DNA of 64,000 nucleotides, taken from NCBI GenBank assembly GCA_963933835.1, contig CAWVVV010000005.1, positions 60,287 through 124,286 on the forward strand, given 5' to 3'. The position numbers and the translations under genes were made by a program. Origin of the DNA: an uncultured Puniceicoccaceae bacterium (GTDB lineage Bacteria; Verrucomicrobiota; Verrucomicrobiia; Opitutales; Oceanipulchritudinaceae). The first letter of the stretch is position 1; every line of letters begins with the position of its first letter. The notes below the pieces were generated by a model. The model ran no database searches. It saw only the letters and a list, made by a program, of their open reading frames with translations, and was not told where the DNA came from. Below, piece after piece: positions 1 to 9,362 of this stretch.

Positions 1-442
1 GACGATCGAGAGGCTCAGCATATGGCTCGCCGTCGAGCACATAGCCACTGCGAACGTGGTGGATGTAGAGGCGACCTTGTGGCAGCGCCTTACTCCGAGC
101 ATTTTCTGCCGCACGCTCAATATCTACGGGGCGCACCCAGTTATCAGCGTCTTCAACCGTCACTACACCCGAGTTGTTAAAGCCTTCCAAATGGTTACCA
201 GTGATCGCGAGATAGACGCCTTGAATCTCGGCGCCCGCACATTTTTCTGCAGTGAGCAGCGCAGCGTGGGTGCAATCGCTGGCCGCACGAATGTCAAAAA
301 TCTCACCCTTGCGCACACCTCGACTCGATGCTTGGCCGAGCCCTATAATCTCGAGTTCACGCCCATCGACGATCTCACCAACAAGGACAACGACTTTAGA
401 GGTTCCGATTTCAACTGCACCGATGATCGTGGAAGCATTCAT
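1..442 (-). CDS. ftsA: Cell division protein FtsA, N-terminal part (runs off window edge)
   Basis: Not in the ORF track. Manual translation from ATG at 442 gives MNASTIIGAVEIGTSKVVVLVGEIVDGRELEIIGLGQASSRGVRKGEI, the FtsA phosphate-1 motif. Lies directly downstream of ftsQ. Confidence 0.93.
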   Translation of the reverse strand, partial: MNASTIIGAVEIGTSKVVVLVGEIVDGRELEIIGLGQASSRGVRKGEIFDIRAASDCTHAALLTAEKCAGAEIQGVYLAITGNHLEGFNNSGVVTVEDADNWVRPVDIERAAENARSKALPQGRLYIHHVRSGYVLDGEPYAEPLDR

Positions 443-451
443 AACGTGGGA

Positions 452-1390
452 TCAGGATTTGCGGACTTGGACAATAGCTTGGCCAGGAAATGAGAGGTCG
501 ATCTTGTAAAATCCGCCTAGGCGCTGTGAATTATTCACCGCAACCACTTCATTCAGCTTGCGGAGTTGGCCTTGAAATTGATTCGGAGCAAAAACTATCC
601 GGTCTGAGGTCCGGCTCTTAATCTCGATCACTGAATGCACCGCACCGGGATCTGTATTCAGATTCGAGACAGAAACCCATTTCCAATCGCCATAAAGAGC
701 GGGAAACTCGTTCCGAGCGGTTTCAAGAAGTGGGGCAAGCTGCTTCATCTCTTCAACCTCTTGGATCTGCCCATCCCACCACTGGAAGCGAATGCCGGCG
801 AGGCCAGGAAGCGCTGCGATCGTCTCAGTGGGATAATTGTAGCCATCGAAAACAGTCCCATCCCCTGCGATCAAAATGTTAATAATCTGATTTCCGGGCG
901 TGCGAACACGGGCTCGCAAGAGTGGCTTCCTTTCATCCAATCGAATAATCAGAGTATCTGGCAGTGAAACTGAGACCGAGGCAGTCTTCACTTGTCCGTG
1001 CGTTTCGATCTGTGCCTTCAGCTTCTGCAGATCATAGCCCATCGTGCGGACTCCAAGTTCAATCGGAAAATGACTTTGAAACCAGCGGGCATCAAGAACG
1101 CCATCACTCACAAACTCTATCCGTTCGATCGTTCCGACCGCATGCGAAGGTGTATCAAGGGGCAGTTGCTTCCCTGAGAAGTAAAGCCCGTACGAAATAG
1201 CTCCTATCGCTATGACTGCTGCTATTCCTGCACCAAGCCAACGGAAAGTGCGCTTCCAACGTCGGGAGCGAGAAGCCGAGGAGGTCGATTTCAAGCCATT
1301 ATTTTGCTGAATACTTTGCCAAGTGCCGTCCGGCTTAGTCTTGCGAGCCGTCTTCTTTTTCTGTGGGGATTTTTTTACTACTTTAGCCAT
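452..1390 (-). CDS. ftsQ: Cell division protein FtsQ/DivIB
   Basis: Basic N-tail, single TM helix, POTRA-like segment (VKTASVSVSLPDTLIIRLDERKP), C-terminal KIDLSF; located between ddl and ftsA. Confidence 0.85.
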   Translation of the reverse strand: MAKVVKKSPQKKKTARKTKPDGTWQSIQQNNGLKSTSSASRSRRWKRTFRWLGAGIAAVIAIGAISYGLYFSGKQLPLDTPSHAVGTIERIEFVSDGVLDARWFQSHFPIELGVRTMGYDLQKLKAQIETHGQVKTASVSVSLPDTLIIRLDERKPLLRARVRTPGNQIINILIAGDGTVFDGYNYPTETIAALPGLAGIRFQWWDGQIQEVEEMKQLAPLLETARNEFPALYGDWKWVSVSNLNTDPGAVHSVIEIKSRTSDRIVFAPNQFQGQLRKLNEVVAVNNSQRLGGFYKIDLSFPGQAIVQVRKS

Positions 1391-1401
1391 GCGTAATCAC
1401 T

Positions 1402-2328
1402 TTAGAAGTTTTTTGACCGTTTGAGCGCTGGTGTCAACATACTCGATACAAGAGAAGCAAAATTGTATCCAAATACACTCGCACTTTTGGGCAAAAGGCT
1501 CGTTTCGGTCATTCCTGGGAGTGTATTAATTTCGAGGAACGTGAAGCTCTCTCCATCTGTCATAAAATCAACCCGTGCAAAGTCACGCCCGCCCGCAGCA
1601 GTGAAAGCGATCAAAGCCGCCGCTCGAATCTCATTTGTAAGGTCTTCCGCGAGTTCCGCCGGCACACTATACCGCGTACTCCCAAGGGTGTACTTGTGTT
1701 CATAGTCATAAAACCCTCCCTCAGGATGGCTCCCAATCACACCGAGGGGTGCATCATCTAGGATGCCTACCGTGACATCGAAGCCCGGAAGTCGCTCCTC
1801 CACAAGCCATTCACCTTCAATGAGTTTAGGAAGCAGGGCTTTCCAAGAAGCTTCCGAGTTAAAAGCATAGAGTCCGACGCTACTGCCCTCTGCCGCCGGT
1901 TTCAAAACCAGTGAAGGCGATTCAAAATGATCAATCAGTGCTTTCCATGATGGCGGAGACGAATATTGAAAAATCATATCCTTCGCCACAGGAACTGCCA
2001 TGGTACTCACAAGTTGTTTTGTAAGCGATTTTTGTATGCAAATCCGACTCGTTTTCGCATCACAGCCAACGTAGTCAAACCCACCCTCCTCAAGATCAGC
2101 CTGTAGACGCCCGTCTTCACCGTATCCACCATGGAGGACTGGGAAGATGATATCGGCCTCAGGATCTAAGGCTGCTGGAAGAGCTTCCTCCTTCAGATCG
2201 ACCCAAATTTTATCATACTCAGATGGAATGGCCCCAAAGACAGCTTTCGATGAGGCAAGGCTGACCTCTCTCTCACCTGAGACCCCGCCTCCCAGAACAA
2301 CGATACGCCTTTTAGCCTTATCAACCAT
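1402..2328 (-). CDS. ddl: D-alanine--D-alanine ligase
   Basis: Motifs GGVSGEREVSL, LHGGYGEDG, EGSSVG, YDYEHKY, LEINTLPGMT. Start placed at ATG 2328, which overlaps the murB stop (TGATG); ORF track extends to 2346. Confidence 0.95.
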   Translation of the reverse strand: MVDKAKRRIVVLGGGVSGEREVSLASSKAVFGAIPSEYDKIWVDLKEEALPAALDPEADIIFPVLHGGYGEDGRLQADLEEGGFDYVGCDAKTSRICIQKSLTKQLVSTMAVPVAKDMIFQYSSPPSWKALIDHFESPSLVLKPAAEGSSVGLYAFNSEASWKALLPKLIEGEWLVEERLPGFDVTVGILDDAPLGVIGSHPEGGFYDYEHKYTLGSTRYSVPAELAEDLTNEIRAAALIAFTAAGGRDFARVDFMTDGESFTFLEINTLPGMTETSLLPKSASVFGYNFASLVSSMLTPALKRSKNF

Positions 2329-3260
2329 CAGAGCACGTCCTTCCATTCCGCCCCGAGGAGGAGTGCTTCAGGCTCCAAGTGCACTCCCTCTTTCTCAAAG
2401 ACTCGCTTCCTGACTTGCCGCACCAACTCAATCACATCCGAGGCCGAGGCGCCGCCTTTGTTCACAATAAAATTTGCATGCGTCGGGGACACTTCAGCCC
2501 CGCCTACACTCATTCCCTTGAGTCCAGCAGCGTCAACCAGCTGTCCCGCATGGTGCGGTTCTGGGTTCTTAAAAATGCAGCCTGCACTTGGCTCACGAGG
2601 CTGAGACTCTTTACGCTTTAGTGCGTAGGCGCTCATATTACCTCTAATAGCATCCGTCTGGCTCTCCAACCCACCTACTAAACGTGCCTCAATCACTATC
2701 CGAGTGCTCAACTCAGGGCATGATCGGTAACTGGAATGAAAGAATGATACTGGATGCTCAACGACTGTATCATCATCCTCGATACAGGTGACCGATTCAA
2801 TAAGATCAAAAACCCAGCCGCCCATCGCTCCGGCATTCATTCGCAAGGACCCACCAAGCGCTCCGGGAATGCCTTCGATGAATTCAAATCCCGACAGGCC
2901 AGCCTTAGCCGCCTCCGCACAAATTTTCTTCAAGCGAGTCCCTGCCGATGCGATCAGACAGTTACCGTCACGACTCACTTTCTGCCAAGCATCTCCTGTC
3001 AAACGGATCACTAGGCCCGGATAGCCAGCATCCATCACGATCAAGTTCGAACCACGTCCTAAGTAGAAGATAGGCACACTCGCGTTGCGGGCCTCGCGCC
3101 TGAGTCTAATCAAATCTGCTACGGAGGCTGGCTCAGCATAGTAGCGGGCAACCCCGCCTACGCGCATCGTCGTTTTCGGAGCGAGGGGCTCATTTTCGCT
3201 AAGTAGTGAAGCATCCGCACTAAATTCTTTGGCTGTTTGCCACCACTCCGAAGTAACCAT
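2328..3260 (-). CDS. murB: UDP-N-acetylenolpyruvoylglucosamine reductase
   Basis: Motifs TTMRVGG, LGRGSNL, GIPGALGGSLRMNAGA, SAGCIFKNP, HANFIVN. Start placed at ATG 3260, TGATG-coupled to murG. Confidence 0.95.
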   Translation of the reverse strand: MVTSEWWQTAKEFSADASLLSENEPLAPKTTMRVGGVARYYAEPASVADLIRLRREARNASVPIFYLGRGSNLIVMDAGYPGLVIRLTGDAWQKVSRDGNCLIASAGTRLKKICAEAAKAGLSGFEFIEGIPGALGGSLRMNAGAMGGWVFDLIESVTCIEDDDTVVEHPVSFFHSSYRSCPELSTRIVIEARLVGGLESQTDAIRGNMSAYALKRKESQPREPSAGCIFKNPEPHHAGQLVDAAGLKGMSVGGAEVSPTHANFIVNKGGASASDVIELVRQVRKRVFEKEGVHLEPEALLLGAEWKDVL

Positions 3261-4405
3261 CACGCCAGCACCTTTCCTTCGAAGGAAGCAGATCGGCCAC
3301 TGAATGTTTCGACCCATTCGACCAAACTCAGAGCCATCGCTTCGGCTGCATCATCTTTCGAGAGGCGTTCGAGAGTCGCTCGCATCGTGTCGAGTCTATC
3401 CTGCTCTGACAGCAGAACATACAATTTCTTGAGTAACTGCTCCTCGAGGACGTCTTGATCCATCACTACACAGCCGCCTTGTTCCTCCAAGCGCCTTGCG
3501 TTCGCTTCCTGATGTTTATCGGCCGCGTAGGGATAAGGCACTAAAATCGATGGTACCGCGCATGCTATGAGTTCTGCGATCGCACCGGCACCGGCGCGCG
3601 AAATGACAACGTCCGCAACCGTAAGCAATGAGCTCATATCATCGACGAAAGGGAGAAAAATCGCTTTCATCTTTTCTCCGCTCACGGTGGTGAGTTCGAC
3701 CGAGCTGTGCGTGCCCTTAGTGGGGCCGGACACAGCGATAACATTAAACCCTTCTCGTGAAAATATCTGGTAGTGACTGTCTACCCATTGATTCAAAGCC
3801 ATCGCACCTTGGCTACCGCCCAGGATGACGAGGGTCTTCGCGTCATTCGTCAGGCCCCACCGAGTCCGAGCGAGCCTTGATTCCAATGGCCTTATTTCTA
3901 ATCGCAATGGATATCCTATCGTGACCAATTTCGATGCATTGAGACCCTTCGTCCGCACCCCTTCTGGCGCGTAGACGCGATGAGAGATCCGGCTCAGAAC
4001 ACGGACAGCCTTACCAGCATATTGGTTCGCTTCATGCAATGCCACCGGTAGCCCCATTAAACGGCTCCAGAGGACAAACGTCGGGGAAAGAAAACCGCCA
4101 AAAACAACCGTAACATCCGGTTGAAAAGTCTTCATGATCTCGCGTGAGCGAATGAGCGCTCTAACCGTGGACCGAACGAATCGCCACAGCCCTTGGCGAG
4201 AGAACGCTAGTGGGGCACCTGGGGCCGTAACAAAGTCGAGGTGCGTGTATTTCTTACTTAACCGACCATCTATTGTTTTCTCACTCACCACCAGTTGGCA
4301 GGAGTGTCCGAGTCGGATGAGTCGTTCAGCGAGGGCGATTCCTGGTGCGAGATGACCACCAGTGCCACCGCAAACGAGAAGAAATCTTCGCCCCTGCGTG
4401 GTCAT
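3260..4405 (-). CDS. murG: Undecaprenyl-PP-MurNAc-pentapeptide GlcNAc transferase
   Basis: Motifs GGTGGHLAP, HEAN, GGSQGA, SRAGAGAIAE, HQEANA. Confidence 0.95.
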   Translation of the reverse strand: MTTQGRRFLLVCGGTGGHLAPGIALAERLIRLGHSCQLVVSEKTIDGRLSKKYTHLDFVTAPGAPLAFSRQGLWRFVRSTVRALIRSREIMKTFQPDVTVVFGGFLSPTFVLWSRLMGLPVALHEANQYAGKAVRVLSRISHRVYAPEGVRTKGLNASKLVTIGYPLRLEIRPLESRLARTRWGLTNDAKTLVILGGSQGAMALNQWVDSHYQIFSREGFNVIAVSGPTKGTHSSVELTTVSGEKMKAIFLPFVDDMSSLLTVADVVISRAGAGAIAELIACAVPSILVPYPYAADKHQEANARRLEEQGGCVVMDQDVLEEQLLKKLYVLLSEQDRLDTMRATLERLSKDDAAEAMALSLVEWVETFSGRSASFEGKVLA

Positions 4406-5556
4406 CGAGTGATTTCGCCAGCCTCCATTGCAAGGTCCTTATTCCACTCTGAAATCAAATTCAGAATGAGGCCAACAAGGACACCCATTGCTACGAGATT
4501 CGATCCACCATAGCTGACGAAGGGAAGTGACATTCCTTTCGTTGGTAGTAGACCTGTAACGACACCTACATTTATCAGTGCCTGTAGAACAATAAAGAGA
4601 AGTGCCCCCGAAGCCAAAAGGAAGTCAAACATCTGCGGCGCCTTCCGAAGCTGTAATAGGACAATTACAAAGAAGGCCATAAAGGCCAACACCGTGAGGG
4701 CGGTAAAGATGAGCCCGAGCTCTTCACCTACGACAGCAAAGATAAAATCTGTATGCGCCTCAGGCAGAAAACTCAATGGCTGCCGACTGTTACCCAAGCC
4801 AACTCCCATCGGGCCCCCAGTGGCAAATCCGAGTAAGGCCTGCCATAGCTGATAGCCTCCGGTCTGCCGTGTTCCTTCGAGATCGAGAAATGAAGTGATG
4901 CGGGCGAGCCGAATAGGATCGCGCAATACAAGTAGGGAGAAGAGCGCAATCGCCGCAAAGAGCGATGGAATGAGAAACTTCAACCGGCAGCCCGCGAGAA
5001 AAAGCAAGATACCACCGACCACACCAAAGAGTGCCGCTGTTCCAAAATCCGGCTGAAGAAAGAGCAATCCACAAACCAGCCCGATCATCCCAATGGGAAA
5101 GAGAAATCCCTTAAAGAAGCTCCCGAGAACGCGTTGCTGAGAGGCCAGATAGTGTGCGAAGAAAAATAGAAATCCCAGTTTAGCAAAATCAGAGACCTGC
5201 ATATTCATCGGCCCGAGATCAATCCAGCGTCGCGCACCATTGATCTTCAGCCCCACCCCTGGAACGAGGACGAGGGCGAGAATACCTACCGAGGCCAATC
5301 CGATGATCCACGATGCCGAGCGTAACTTTTCTAAACGAAGACACGTCGTAATCCAAAGTGCGACACTTGCAATCGCCGTCCACAGCACCTGTTTACGGAG
5401 AAACTCAGTTCCCTCGATATGATGCGCCCGGCCGATGCTGAAGAGCATCATAAATCCCAAAATGCACAATCCACCTACGATCAGGAGAAGTAGCGTCGGA
5501 GTCATGCGGCTACGCCATCCGATTACAGACTCAACTGTGGCTACTGACTGGGGCAT
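4402..5556 (-). CDS. ftsW: SEDS peptidoglycan polymerase FtsW
   Basis: Multi-TM protein with GARRWI, QPDFGTA, LPEAHTDFIFAVVGEELG, LPFVSYGGS. Confidence 0.95.
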   Translation of the reverse strand: MPQSVATVESVIGWRSRMTPTLLLLIVGGLCILGFMMLFSIGRAHHIEGTEFLRKQVLWTAIASVALWITTCLRLEKLRSASWIIGLASVGILALVLVPGVGLKINGARRWIDLGPMNMQVSDFAKLGFLFFFAHYLASQQRVLGSFFKGFLFPIGMIGLVCGLLFLQPDFGTAALFGVVGGILLFLAGCRLKFLIPSLFAAIALFSLLVLRDPIRLARITSFLDLEGTRQTGGYQLWQALLGFATGGPMGVGLGNSRQPLSFLPEAHTDFIFAVVGEELGLIFTALTVLAFMAFFVIVLLQLRKAPQMFDFLLASGALLFIVLQALINVGVVTGLLPTKGMSLPFVSYGGSNLVAMGVLVGLILNLISEWNKDLAMEAGEITR

Positions 5557-5581
5557 TGTCCGGTATTATGGGTACAAAAAA

Positions 5582-6682
5582 CTATTCGATTGGCTCAACG
5601 ACTTCGCTGTCGCTAATCGGCAACTCGTTCAAACGGGCTTCGAGTTCTTCGGGATCAATTTGATTTGGTTGAATCTCAACTGGTCGCGATGGAGCAACGT
5701 AAACGGGTGTCGAAGTTACTGGTGCCGGACGTGATTCGACGGGAGGAACAATCGTGCGTCGCGAAGCCGGGGCAGACGTAACGGTATTCGCCTTCAATCC
5801 CGGAATGACCAACTCTTGCCCAACGAATAGTCGGGTCGGATCAGTAATATCATTGGCCTCCATGATGCGGCGGAAGTTCACTCCGTGCTTCGCACCGATC
5901 GCGCTCAAGGTATCGCCGGGGGCAACAACATAGGTTGCTCCGTCGACACGACGTGGAGGAGCCGACCTCACGGGTGCTGATGAAGTGCTCGAACCGACAC
6001 TCGGGATGATCAACGATTGACCGACAAGAATACGGTCTGAGGTCAGGCCGTTTGCAGAACGAATTTTCCCGACACTCGACGCTGTGCGTTGAGCAATCCT
6101 GGTCAGGTTGTCACCCTTCTGAACAACATAGGTGTCGCTGTTTGATGTCGAACGTGCCGTCGAAGGCGCGCTTGTTGCTGTCGTAGCAGGAACCTGGAGT
6201 TCTTGACCCACATAAATGCGATCACTGCTCAAATTATTCGCAGAACGGAGATTCTGAACTGAGACCCCGTATATTCTAGCGATGGAGCTGAGCGTATCGC
6301 CTTTTCCAATAACATACGTTTCGAGGGGCACGTCTTCGGCGGCTACTGATTGAGATTTAATGAGTGGCTGCAGAACAGGCTCATCGCTCTCGATTGCTAA
6401 ACCGCCGTTAAAAGCTGAAGGCAGATCGCTCGACGTGCTCGATCCAACAGGACGCATCGGCGACTGACGGCTCGTAACCGGAGCGGATTCGACAACCGGA
6501 TGATTGACAGTTCGCACTGTAGTCGTCGCTTGCGCCGCCGCCGTCTCTGCTCCGTTTGGAGCCGGTGGTGTTGGGCGGGTTTGACAACCTGGCTGGGCCA
6601 GAAATAATACAATCAGTCCAACGTGGAGCGCTACAACTGGCAAGAAAACGGGGAGTAATTTCATGAGTCTATCTTTCAGCAT
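5582..6682 (-). CDS. Membrane-anchored protein with three LysM domains
   Basis: N-terminal hydrophobic helix followed by QPGC; three LysM repeats (YVIGKGDTLSSIA, YVVQKGDNLTRIA, YVVAPGDTLSAIG) separated by S/T/P/A linkers. Confidence 0.88.
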   Translation of the reverse strand: MLKDRLMKLLPVFLPVVALHVGLIVLFLAQPGCQTRPTPPAPNGAETAAAQATTTVRTVNHPVVESAPVTSRQSPMRPVGSSTSSDLPSAFNGGLAIESDEPVLQPLIKSQSVAAEDVPLETYVIGKGDTLSSIARIYGVSVQNLRSANNLSSDRIYVGQELQVPATTATSAPSTARSTSNSDTYVVQKGDNLTRIAQRTASSVGKIRSANGLTSDRILVGQSLIIPSVGSSTSSAPVRSAPPRRVDGATYVVAPGDTLSAIGAKHGVNFRRIMEANDITDPTRLFVGQELVIPGLKANTVTSAPASRRTIVPPVESRPAPVTSTPVYVAPSRPVEIQPNQIDPEELEARLNELPISDSEVVEPIE

Positions 6683-6732
6683 GGAATGCTAGAGGGTGAA
6701 TACAAAGCCTTCAATCGAAAATAAGGATTAGT

Positions 6733-7833
6733 TTACCTAAGTTTTAAAGTAGCCAATCCAGCTACTGCGCAAATCAAGGAGAGGATCCAAAAGCGGATAA
6801 CGACTTGGGTTTCAGCCCATCCCTTAAGCTCAAAATGATGATGAATCGGAGCCATTTTAAAGATCCGCTTCTTCCTCAGTTTGTATGAGCCGACTTGCAG
6901 AATAACGGATACAGCCTCGAAGACAAAAACACCTCCGATAATGACCAGTGTGACCGGCTGCAAAGTGAGGAATGCAATTGTCCCGACGAGCCCACCGAGC
7001 GCGAGTGATCCGGTATCACCCATGAAAATCTGCGCGGGATGAGCGTTATACCAAAGAAAAGCGAGACTCGCGCTGCACAAGACTGCGCAGACAATCGTCA
7101 ATTCACCAGAGCCTGGCATGTAGGGGATGAACAAATACCCAGCAATCTCGGTGTGACCTGCGGCGTATGCGATGATACCATATGCCATCGCTACGGTCAG
7201 CGTGCAACCGATCGCCAACCCATCGACCCCGTCAGTCAAATTGATCGCATTGCTTGATCCTGCGAGGATAAGAAAATAGAAGACAAAGAGAATCGGGAGC
7301 GGCATCGCCAGACAGACAGGGTCTTTGAAGAACGGAAGCCAAAGACTTTGAATCAACTCTCCTAATATCGGATGCTGCAAAAAGACAATGAGGCCAACCA
7401 GTGTGATAACAGCCTGCGCGAGGAGCTTATAGCGTCCTTTCAATCCATCGCTTTTTTTTGATCTAACTTTGGAGTAATCGTCTAAAAAGCCTACTACCGT
7501 CAGGCCTGCGTATACGAACATACTCCCAAGAACAAAGACATTCCAGCGAGCCCAGAGCAGCGTCGATACAAGCACGGAAATGAATATGATCAGCCCACCC
7601 ATTGTTGGTGTGCCTACTTTCTTTCCATGGAGTTCTGCCAAGCGACCAACTTCTTGGGCGTCCCTGAACGCTTGCCTAGCCTTGAACCGTGTCAGCAGTT
7701 CTATGATAAGTGGCGCTAGCCAAAGACCAAAAATCAAAGCCGTTGCGGCACCTCCAACACTTCTTACTGAAATGTATCGGAATAGGCGTAGGGGGCCAAA
7801 TAACTCTTCAAATTCGGCGAGGTGACTTAGCAT
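6733..7833 (-). CDS. mraY: Phospho-N-acetylmuramoyl-pentapeptide transferase
   Basis: Motifs KVGTPTMGG, GFLDDY, NAINLTDGVDGL, FMGDTGS, APIHHHFE. Confidence 0.96.
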   Translation of the reverse strand: MLSHLAEFEELFGPLRLFRYISVRSVGGAATALIFGLWLAPLIIELLTRFKARQAFRDAQEVGRLAELHGKKVGTPTMGGLIIFISVLVSTLLWARWNVFVLGSMFVYAGLTVVGFLDDYSKVRSKKSDGLKGRYKLLAQAVITLVGLIVFLQHPILGELIQSLWLPFFKDPVCLAMPLPILFVFYFLILAGSSNAINLTDGVDGLAIGCTLTVAMAYGIIAYAAGHTEIAGYLFIPYMPGSGELTIVCAVLCSASLAFLWYNAHPAQIFMGDTGSLALGGLVGTIAFLTLQPVTLVIIGGVFVFEAVSVILQVGSYKLRKKRIFKMAPIHHHFELKGWAETQVVIRFWILSLICAVAGLATLKLR

Positions 7834-9362
7834 GCGACGGCCTCTCCCCCCATCGATGGCGAATTCTCAGGCAAGAGACTTTCTAGCGCATAGCTGCGGC
7901 TACCTTTCAGGAGGATCGCTCCCTTGAAACTGTTCACTAATCCACTAGCATCATCGGCTTGATCATAACTGTTCAGCCGTTCGCTCGAGATGGAGTTTTC
8001 AAGCGCCCCGCGCTTGAAGGCCTCAGCTCCATGCCCGATAAAGATAGCCTGGTCGTCGGCGCTTAGGCTCAGGATTGAACCAATTTCATGATGTCCTGCA
8101 TCAAATAAATCACCGAGCTCGTTCATCGTTCCAAGAACGTAGAGCTTCGGAAGACCACTCCACTGAGATTGAAAGAATTCGATCGTATCTTTCATCGAAG
8201 AGGGGTTCGCGTTGTAGCAATCAACGTAATACACTTGGTCCTCGTATTTAACCACCTCACCTCGCCCCGGCGAAGGTCGCCAAGTGCTCAAGCGCGCGGA
8301 GAGCTTTTCAGCTGAAATTCCAAGAATCCGGGCAACGACAATCGCCAGTGCCGCATTACTCGCCATCCCGTCACTCATCGGCGGGAGTTCGGATTTGAAA
8401 GAAGGCACGGCAGGGAGCTCGACGATAATCGTCCGCTGCTCCCTGCCGCACTTCTGCATTCTATCTCTGTCTGTCTCTCTAGTCTTTTTTACTCTATCTC
8501 TATCTCTATCTGTCTCTATGTTTATGTCTCTAGTCTCTATTTCTGTGTCTCTAGCACAAAAGTCTTCTTCGGTCTCAAGCGACGGCCATTTTCCCTCGAC
8601 GCGAAACCGGTGTTGGAGCGCAAGATCATCATTTCCGTCGCAACGATCAATCTGAAGGACACTCGCCGTATTCAGCTGATTAAATACTTCAAAATCTTTG
8701 CAGTCTGCTGGAAAAACAACAACCCCGTCGGACGCAGTTGCCTCTAGTAACTTGCACTTTTCTTCCGCAATCCCTTCGACGCCACCTAGGCCTTCACTGT
8801 GGGCGGTGCCAAGCATCGTGATGATTCCGTGAGTAGGCTTCAGAATGGAAACTATTGTATCCATTTTCCCTCGACGACTAATGCCCGCTTCAATGACGGC
8901 AAACCTATGGACAGCCTCGTCGATCCTTAAGATCGTCAGCGGAACGCCTAAAGTATTGTTCAGATTTGCTTCTGTCCACAAAGTGATATCTTCACCGAGG
9001 AGCCGACTGAGCAGGTCCTTTGTCGATGTCTTTCCGCAGCTTCCAGAAATTCCAATTACCGGAATTGTGAGCTCATTGCGGTATCCCGCGGCGCAGTCCT
9101 GCAGCCCCTTTTCACTCGCCGCCACAACTAGCTGCGGCAGCTCATGATCAACGACATCTTCCACGATGGCGGCGACAGCTCCATTCTTCGCGGCATCGGA
9201 GAGGAAGAGGTGCCCATCTCGCTTATCCGTGCGAAGTGCAACGAAGCAATCGCCCTTCGAAATTTTGCGCGAATCAATCGCAAATCCTCGAACAGCTTCA
9301 AGAGGCAGACGATGCCATGCACCACCTGTCCACTTTGCTATATCCTCCGGATCAAAGATCAC
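7827..9362 (-). CDS. murF: UDP-MurNAc-tripeptide--D-Ala-D-Ala ligase, with an internal low-complexity insertion
   Basis: Motifs DSRKI, DGHLF, GSCGKTSTK, NNTLGVPLT, DCYNANPSSM, LKGSR. Confidence 0.93.
   Translation of the reverse strand: MIFDPEDIAKWTGGAWHRLPLEAVRGFAIDSRKISKGDCFVALRTDKRDGHLFLSDAAKNGAVAAIVEDVVDHELPQLVVAASEKGLQDCAAGYRNELTIPVIGISGSCGKTSTKDLLSRLLGEDITLWTEANLNNTLGVPLTILRIDEAVHRFAVIEAGISRRGKMDTIVSILKPTHGIITMLGTAHSEGLGGVEGIAEEKCKLLEATASDGVVVFPADCKDFEVFNQLNTASVLQIDRCDGNDDLALQHRFRVEGKWPSLETEEDFCARDTEIETRDINIETDRDRDRVKKTRETDRDRMQKCGREQRTIIVELPAVPSFKSELPPMSDGMASNAALAIVVARILGISAEKLSARLSTWRPSPGRGEVVKYEDQVYYVDCYNANPSSMKDTIEFFQSQWSGLPKLYVLGTMNELGDLFDAGHHEIGSILSLSADDQAIFIGHGAEAFKRGALENSISSERLNSYDQADDASGLVNSFKGAILLKGSRSYALESLLPENSPSMGGEAVAC
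8459..8554. repeat. Degenerate TCTCTA/GTCTCTA microsatellite-like tract inside murF
   Basis: Plus strand reads ctatctctgtctgtctctctagtc...actctatctctatctctatctgtctctatgtttatgtctctagtctctatttctgtgtctctag; encodes RDTEIETRDINIETDRDRDRVKKTRETDRDR in the murF frame. Confidence 0.85.

Noticed and set aside
56..509. Plus-strand ORFs at the window start
   Set aside because: Antisense to ftsA, which has clear motifs on the minus strand.
8459..8554. murF repeat tract as a CRISPR array or IS footprint
   Set aside because: Units are 6-7 nt, degenerate and unspaced; no terminal inverted repeats, clear target duplication or cas/transposase genes.
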